From assembly GCA_049903315.1 (NCBI GenBank), contig JBNGBT010000013.1, positions 1 through 45,167 on the forward strand: 45,167 nucleotides of DNA, in the 5' to 3' direction. The position numbers and the translations under genes were made by a program. The stretch is from Candidatus Cloacimonadota bacterium (GTDB lineage: Bacteria; Cloacimonadota; Cloacimonadia; JGIOTU-2). The notes under the pieces were generated by a model. That model had not been told where the DNA came from, ran no database searches, and saw only the letters and a list, made by a program, of their open reading frames with translations. Each line of letters begins with the position of its first letter. Position 1 is the stretch's first letter. Shown in pieces: positions 39,553 through 45,167 of the stretch.

Positions 39553-42500
39553 ATGAAAAAGAAATTTTTTATATTGGGTGTTTTTCTCCTACTCTTTGCA
39601 GTAGCTCTTTCTGCTGTGCCGGTATCATTTCACCAGGCAGAACAGACCGCAAAGCTGAAATTGCAAGTTGAAGGTAAAAACGATTATATCATTAAGGATT
39701 TTTACGAACTAAAAGGAAATAACGGTTCGGTCCTTGCCTATGTGTATCATCTCGATCCACAGGGTTTTATTATAGTAACCACAGACACAGACATAGTTCC
39801 CATACTCGGCTATTCTTTTCTCAATAATTTTGAGGAAGTAGAAGAAGGTGAATGGACGATCGGGCATCATTATGTGCAGCTCGACCTCACACTGCGCAAT
39901 GAAGCAATTCCCTATACATCATCTGATGTGATTGCTCAAAACAACATGCTCTGGAAAAAGTATGAGAATAACGATGCCGACTATTTTATCTCCCAGACCA
40001 AAGGAAGAGATATCTACCCTCCTGCCGGAACAACAACGACCGGCGGCTGGATAGAGCAGCTCTATGATCAAGGATATCCTTGGAACATGTACTGCCCCAT
40101 CGATCCCCAGCATGGTGGAAGATCAGTGGTAGGATGTGTTGCCACAGCAATGTCAATGATCGTGGACTACCACAGGTATATTGACGATTTATATTTCGAT
40201 GACTCCGATGATTATGTTTCAAATTATACTTCACCGTATATCTACATTGATAATGATCATGCATCACTCGATTTCCCCTCATTCCCGGAACTCAACCTTC
40301 TGCTCGACCAACTCCGCGGATTTTATCAAACGAATACACCGTTAGACAATCAGATGAAAGCAGTTCTCTCCTTCGCCTGCGGTGTTTCTGTTGAGATGAA
40401 ATATTCCTCGGATGGCTCAGGTGCATATTGTTCTGATGTTGGGACAGCCCTTCGGAATAAATTTGGCTTCGATACTGCAACTCATTATTACTCCTCACAT
40501 CCAAGTTTTTATACGCAAATGCAGAATGATATGATGAGTGCAAGACCCTGTGAAATGGGCATTACCGGTGCTGGCGGACACGCCATTAATGTGGACGGAT
40601 ACAATACTGCCGAAGACACTTACCATTTGAATTATGGATGGGGAGGATCCTATAATGGTTGGTACACACTTCCGAGCGGTATGCCTGCAGGTTTCACTAC
40701 CGTGGATAATGCAGTTATGAATATTCAGGGTGGTATCTACCCGTTTATTGAGTACGATGAGATGTTCGTAGCCGAACTTTCCGGTGATGGAGATGGTCAG
40801 GTCAACCCGGGCGAGACTGCTCAGGTGCGTGTGCGCCTAACCAATAAAGTGAGTTTTTCCACTGCAACAGGAGTTGTCGCAACGCTTGAATGCAACGATC
40901 CCCGTGCAACAGTGACAGATCCTACAGGAACCTACAACGATATTCCGGCAGGATCATCGCAGCTCAACCTCGTCGACCCATTTGTAGTTGAATTCGATGA
41001 GGGCATCGGCGTGTGCACGATTCCCTTCAACCTGCATGTGACCAGTAATACTGATTATTATGCAGACCTCGACCTCGAAATCGAAGTGACGCTTAACCTT
41101 GCCGGCTGGCCTGTTTTGATCACAAATGGAGTTCCCGGTTCTCCTGCAATCGCAGATCTCGACCTTGCTGATAATGACCTCGAACTTGCCTGCGGAGATA
41201 AAAATGGCGAATTACACCTTTATAATATGAACGGAACTGAAGTCAGCGGCTTCCCCTATAACACGACAAATCAAATCTATGGCTCGGTTGCTCTGGCAAA
41301 TCTTGATGGAGATGATGAGCTTGAAATAGTCGCTGCATCACGTGCCAATAAAGTAGTTGCCCTCAATCCTGACGGAAGCGTTCTTTTAGATTATGCCACA
41401 GACAATAATATGCTCTGTACTCCTGTCATAACAGATCTTACTGATGACGGCATTAAAGAGATCATTGTCCAAACGATTACACGGAATCTCTACGTTATAG
41501 ATCAAACCGGCACCATATATCCGAATTTTCCGATCACACTTCCTAATTTCATGTACAGCACTGTAGGCGCTGGAGTGGCAGACCTTGATGGTGATGGCAC
41601 TAAAGAAATTCTTGTACCCTGTAACGATGGCGTGCTCTATTGTATAAATGAGGATGGCACAACCGCATGGTCAACAACTCTTTCTGCTGCTCCGCATAGC
41701 TCCACGACCGTTGTTAAATTTAATGACGAACTTTGGATTGTCATTGGCACTGCTGATGGAACACTTACAATTTTGGATGCTGGTGGCACTATTCAGCATG
41801 AATATCCTCTTTCCGGTGATATCCGCACCTCGCCAGTTGTGATCAATCCCACGAACTCCAATGTGATCGATGACCTTGTCATTATTGTAGGAACGCTCAG
41901 CAGCAAACTCTACGTTTTAGATTGGAACGGTAATGATCTCGCGGGTTTCCCATATGATGTACCCGCCGATATAGAGTCCACTCCTGCAGTTGCAGATCTC
42001 GACGGAAACGGCATTTACGACATCGTCTTTGGCTGTAACAACAAATATCTCTACAGCATCGACATGACCGGTAGTGCAACTCCCGAATTCCCGATCTATT
42101 TTGATTATGATATAAAATCTTCACCACAGATCGCTGACGTGGATAATGACGGAGATTATGATATCGCAGTTGGTACCAATGCCGGAATGTGGATCATTGA
42201 TTATAAAACACCATTTGGTGATGGCAAACTGCTCAGCGGTATTTACCGTTATGATCTCGCGCGAACAGGTTTTGTTGACTGCTCTCAAACAACTGGAGTT
42301 GGAAGCGATCCCCAGTTGCATAAGTTCTTTATCACACAGAATTTCCCGAATCCTGTCGCTAATCAAACAAGTATTTCCTTTGGTTTGCCTAATACTCAAA
42401 TCCAGAATCCACAACTCAAAGTGTATAACCTGCTTGGTCAGATTGTTTCATCCTACAATATTGATAATCCTCAGGTTGGCGAAAACACTTTCGTGTGGAG

Positions 42501-42606
42501 CGGCAAAGACAATAGCGGACAGGATATTCCAAACGGCGTGTATTTCTACAGACTTGAAACTGATTCCTATCAATCTGAAATCAAGAAATTGATCTTGCTT
42601 AAATAG
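39553..42606 (+). CDS. Peptidase C10 (streptopain-like) with FG-GAP repeats and FlgD-Ig/T9SS-like C-terminal domain
   Basis: Signal peptide; propeptide GFIIV..D..PILGYS; GCVATAM (Cys), GHAINVDGY (His), NYGWGG; many ADLDGDG..EI repeats; QNFPNP..GVYFYRL. Confidence 0.9.
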   Translation: MKKKFFILGVFLLLFAVALSAVPVSFHQAEQTAKLKLQVEGKNDYIIKDFYELKGNNGSVLAYVYHLDPQGFIIVTTDTDIVPILGYSFLNNFEEVEEGEWTIGHHYVQLDLTLRNEAIPYTSSDVIAQNNMLWKKYENNDADYFISQTKGRDIYPPAGTTTTGGWIEQLYDQGYPWNMYCPIDPQHGGRSVVGCVATAMSMIVDYHRYIDDLYFDDSDDYVSNYTSPYIYIDNDHASLDFPSFPELNLLLDQLRGFYQTNTPLDNQMKAVLSFACGVSVEMKYSSDGSGAYCSDVGTALRNKFGFDTATHYYSSHPSFYTQMQNDMMSARPCEMGITGAGGHAINVDGYNTAEDTYHLNYGWGGSYNGWYTLPSGMPAGFTTVDNAVMNIQGGIYPFIEYDEMFVAELSGDGDGQVNPGETAQVRVRLTNKVSFSTATGVVATLECNDPRATVTDPTGTYNDIPAGSSQLNLVDPFVVEFDEGIGVCTIPFNLHVTSNTDYYADLDLEIEVTLNLAGWPVLITNGVPGSPAIADLDLADNDLELACGDKNGELHLYNMNGTEVSGFPYNTTNQIYGSVALANLDGDDELEIVAASRANKVVALNPDGSVLLDYATDNNMLCTPVITDLTDDGIKEIIVQTITRNLYVIDQTGTIYPNFPITLPNFMYSTVGAGVADLDGDGTKEILVPCNDGVLYCINEDGTTAWSTTLSAAPHSSTTVVKFNDELWIVIGTADGTLTILDAGGTIQHEYPLSGDIRTSPVVINPTNSNVIDDLVIIVGTLSSKLYVLDWNGNDLAGFPYDVPADIESTPAVADLDGNGIYDIVFGCNNKYLYSIDMTGSATPEFPIYFDYDIKSSPQIADVDNDGDYDIAVGTNAGMWIIDYKTPFGDGKLLSGIYRYDLARTGFVDCSQTTGVGSDPQLHKFFITQNFPNPVANQTSISFGLPNTQIQNPQLKVYNLLGQIVSSYNIDNPQVGENTFVWSGKDNSGQDIPNGVYFYRLETDSYQSEIKKLILLK

Positions 42607-42626
42607 AACTATTTCCAAATAAATTT

Positions 42627-42657
42627 AGGGCGAAGTCATGATGATTTCGCCCTTTTT
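42627..42657 (+). terminator. Intrinsic terminator between convergent genes
   Basis: agggcgaagtcat/atgatttcgccct followed by a T run. Confidence 0.8.
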
Positions 42658-42672
42658 GAATATATAAATTCT

Positions 42673-43734
42673 TTATCTTAGAATTGTGATCTTCTTTATT
42701 ATCTGTTCCGCCCGGGTGTTTACTATACAGAAATAGATGCCGCTTTTTACATCGAAACCTTGCTCATCCTTTCCATCCCAAACCACTTCGATGGGGAGAG
42801 AAGGAGAAGTGGCGACGGGGAGATTGCAAACCAACTGACCTTTTATATTGTAAATTGTAACCTCTGGGTTCTTTGTTAATTCTGTGGTTTTGGCGAACTG
42901 TAAGATGGTTGAATTTTTGAATGGATTTGGAAGGGCTTCAATTTTGAGATTTTCCTCCGGAGGATCGTCCACGCCATAACACCAAATCCGTTCCACAAAT
43001 TCAGGATGATCAATAAAGGGGTTGCGGTTGTGCTGCCAATTTGTATAAATTTTATCATTTCTCATCATCTCAAATGAATCGACCGGATCAGCAAGATGCC
43101 ACTGAATAAGCGTGCTCTCTTTTGCATGATAGGGTTGTCCACTTGGTGAAGAAGGTATGTAATCGACCATTTCAAGATCGGGCTCTCCATTCTCGCCTTC
43201 ATAGCGCACAGCCATATACATTATCATACGCGCGACATCACCCTTTGCTTCATCGCGAGGTTCAAAGGAATCACTGTCCGTATTTCCCGCAAAATCTCCA
43301 TAATATCCATAGACTGGGCTGCCACCATTATCAAAATCCTTATTCCCACGTATCGAGTTGACGCCGACATCACTTGGTCTAATATGATGAGCATCAGTGC
43401 CGCAGGGTGGGGTTGTGCCAAAATCACCGTGTGATTTTGCCCAGACATGCTCGCGGTTCCACTCATCGAGCAAGCCGCCGAAGGAATCCTTGCTTTGAGA
43501 GCGTCCCGTGTAAACCAGTATCACATTGTTGTTATTTGCCGGATCTTCATCCGTATTGATAAGAATATAATCACGAAGGTCCGCATAGGTATATTCGGTA
43601 TGACCTTTTATGATATTATAGAGAGCTGCTTTCAGCTCATCACCATACAATCCTTCGGTGCCGTCGTAATAATCTGCACCCAGAAATGAGACGACTACAA
43701 AAATAAAAACAAGAACAAAAACTACTTTCTTCAT
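42673..43734 (-). CDS. Secreted endonuclease I family nuclease (Bsn-like) with FlgD-Ig/T9SS-like C-terminal domain
   Basis: WNREHVWAKSHG, DAHHIRPSD, KGDVAR..YMAVRY, NRNPFIDHPE. Confidence 0.9.
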   Translation of the reverse strand: MKKVVFVLVFIFVVVSFLGADYYDGTEGLYGDELKAALYNIIKGHTEYTYADLRDYILINTDEDPANNNNVILVYTGRSQSKDSFGGLLDEWNREHVWAKSHGDFGTTPPCGTDAHHIRPSDVGVNSIRGNKDFDNGGSPVYGYYGDFAGNTDSDSFEPRDEAKGDVARMIMYMAVRYEGENGEPDLEMVDYIPSSPSGQPYHAKESTLIQWHLADPVDSFEMMRNDKIYTNWQHNRNPFIDHPEFVERIWCYGVDDPPEENLKIEALPNPFKNSTILQFAKTTELTKNPEVTIYNIKGQLVCNLPVATSPSLPIEVVWDGKDEQGFDVKSGIYFCIVNTRAEQIIKKITILR

Positions 43735-43735
43735 A

Positions 43736-43771
43736 TAAAAAAAAACCTCGCACCGTCATTGCTGCGAGGTT
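43736..43771 (-). promoter_or_regulatory. Terminator-like hairpin overlapping the nuclease RBS
   Basis: Minus strand aacctcgca-N10-tgcGAGGtt-ttttttt-at-ATG. Confidence 0.55.
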
Positions 43772-43814
43772 GAATTATTGTAAAGTTTATTGATCTCTAT
43801 TCAATAGAGAAGCT

Positions 43815-44042
43815 TTATTCGAGAAATTTCTTTTTCCTTATCACAAATACATAAACTGTCATCAAAACAGAGTATATAATACTCGTAATAACGATCTTGT
43901 AGAAAGAGGACGTTTCTCCCCAATGAACTAAAAGAGAGGAGAATAGCTTTTCAACGAGGAAGACAAATATTCCAAAAAGGACAAATAGGGTAACTCCATA
44001 CACAACGAAATTTCTCTTAAGAAGAGTTATAAATTTTTTCAT
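43815..44042 (-). CDS. Small 2-TM hypothetical protein
   Basis: Two hydrophobic helices and basic termini. Confidence 0.6.
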   Translation of the reverse strand: MKKFITLLKRNFVVYGVTLFVLFGIFVFLVEKLFSSLLVHWGETSSFYKIVITSIIYSVLMTVYVFVIRKKKFLE

Positions 44043-44058
44043 ATCTTACTCTTTTTAT

Positions 44059-45090
44059 TCATCTTAATTTCACTACCTTCCCGATATGCTCACCGTTGTT
44101 GAGTTTGAAGAAATACACACCTGAGCCCACTTCGTTGCCATTATCATCCTTTCCGTCCCAAACCGCTTCATTAATTTTTAATTTTAAATTTTGAATTTTT
44201 AATTCTCTGACGAGTTGACCTTTTACATTGTATATTTTAATCTCTGTGCTCTCTGAGTGCTCTGTGGTTTTATTGAACTGCAAAGTTGTCGAGGATGAGA
44301 AGGGATTGGGGCAGGATGTGAAATACTGATCTGCTTCTTCCGGTTCGTCATCGATGCCATAGCTATAAATATATTCATACACTCCAATACTCGATCGCTC
44401 GGTGACAAATAAATAATGTATATCTCCTATATCATAAAAATCAAATCCATACATTACAAAAAGTCCGTTAAAACAATCTATTGAATGTAATGTGTCGATT
44501 GTTGTTTCATTCAAATCATAAACAAAAGACACATCACTGGTCTTGGTGAATAAAATATCATTATAAACTTCAGGCCATGAATTTATAGACGGATAATCAA
44601 GAATATACTTGAGCTCTGGGGATATTGGGTTTTCCAATGAATACAATTCTGTCTTTTCCAATGGATTACTTTTGCATACGCAAAAATAGTCTCCGCATAA
44701 TCTAAAATATAGATAATTATCTTGTATCTGGGTAAAGTTATTAATAGTATTTACAATTTCAGGCTCATTGTTATACAGTCCGTTTACTACATAGAGATGT
44801 TGAGGATATGTATCTCTTGTATAAAAATATCCATAACCGTTTCTTGCAATGAAATCAGTTTCTTTATTAGTAATATTGTATGTTAAAAGAAGGGGGCATT
44901 CTCCAGGCTCAGAAATATCATACTTCCTTATGTCTCCATCCATGAAATCAGAAATATACATCGATTGAGGTTCCGAATCATCAAATCGAACGACAGAATA
45001 TAGCCAATCCATAAATGAAAGATCCTCAATAGTATTTCGTAATACAGGATTATTAGGCTCGCTAATGTCATATACCTTTATTGTATAATC
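44059..45090 (-). pseudogene. 3' part of a secreted LVIVD/CTD protein, interrupted by the IS
   Basis: The frame stays open upstream of Met 45012 (DYTIKVYDISEPNNPVLRN, similar to KILVLDITDPLSPIVRN in 33027-35261) right up to the IS end at 45091; no signal peptide present. Confidence 0.8.
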
Positions 45091-45167
45091 TGTAAGAAAA
45101 CTTAGCGTTGTTTACAGAAATTGGGAGAAGAGTATGTTGTTGCAGAAAGGAGTACATGCCATGGTAA
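45091..45167 (+). mobile_element. IS element terminus with probable transposase start, running off the contig
   Basis: Begins TGTAAGAAAAC; inverted copy at 1-74; AAGGAG-N8-ATG GTA at the contig end. Confidence 0.8.

Noticed and set aside
2371..44408. Numerous 60-190 aa ORFs antisense to or overlapping identified genes
   Set aside because: Shadow ORFs without motifs or RBS, overlapping well-supported CDSs.
33027..45090. Diversity-generating retroelement (TR/VR) explaining the similar C-termini
   Set aside because: No reverse transcriptase in the window, both copies are coding, and the differences are not adenine-specific.
1..45167. Linear plasmid/phage with terminal inverted repeats, or a composite transposon
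   Set aside because: Content is chromosomal housekeeping. The right repeat interrupts a CDS and points an RBS and ATG outward, consistent with independent IS insertions and assembly breaks.
45156..45167. ATG CCA TGG TAA (MPW*) as an IS481-like transposase start with a premature stop
   Set aside because: That ATG is only 3 nt from the SD. The second ATG (8-nt spacing, M-V...) is more plausible, and the sequence ends there.

Overview
AT-rich bacterial contig from a diderm (lipid A/LPS genes). Five secreted proteins end in a PNPF..IYNIKGQ..WDG..G(V/I)YF..K sorting domain (FlgD-Ig/T9SS-CTD-like), which suggests an FCB-group lineage such as Ca. Cloacimonadota; this taxonomy is inferred. Both contig ends are the same ~75-bp IS terminus in inverted orientation, and the right copy interrupts a secreted-protein gene. 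Core content: zur-znuACB with a perfect operator, GAF-GGDEF cyclase, LPP20 lipoproteins, yjbQ, an extended sppA, uvrA, a transglutaminase-like protein, GT9 heptosyltransferase, dCMP deaminase, lipid A acyltransferase, serine hydrolase, CHASE2 adenylate cyclase with an SH3-M48 peptidase, a TPR protein, fxsA, mnmA, xseA, GHL10, an S4 protein, a C10 peptidase and endonuclease I. The most unusual signals are: (i) short 7/8/9-nt tandem-repeat modules in frame at two fixed loops of the sorting domains, in mosaic combinations; (ii) a REP-flanked AT-rich island between mnmA and xseA carrying a frameshifted small secreted protein and a nested ~250-nt structured element; (iii) several distinct palindromic repeat families with no mobilising enzyme in the window. 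No rRNA, tRNA or CRISPR array was seen.
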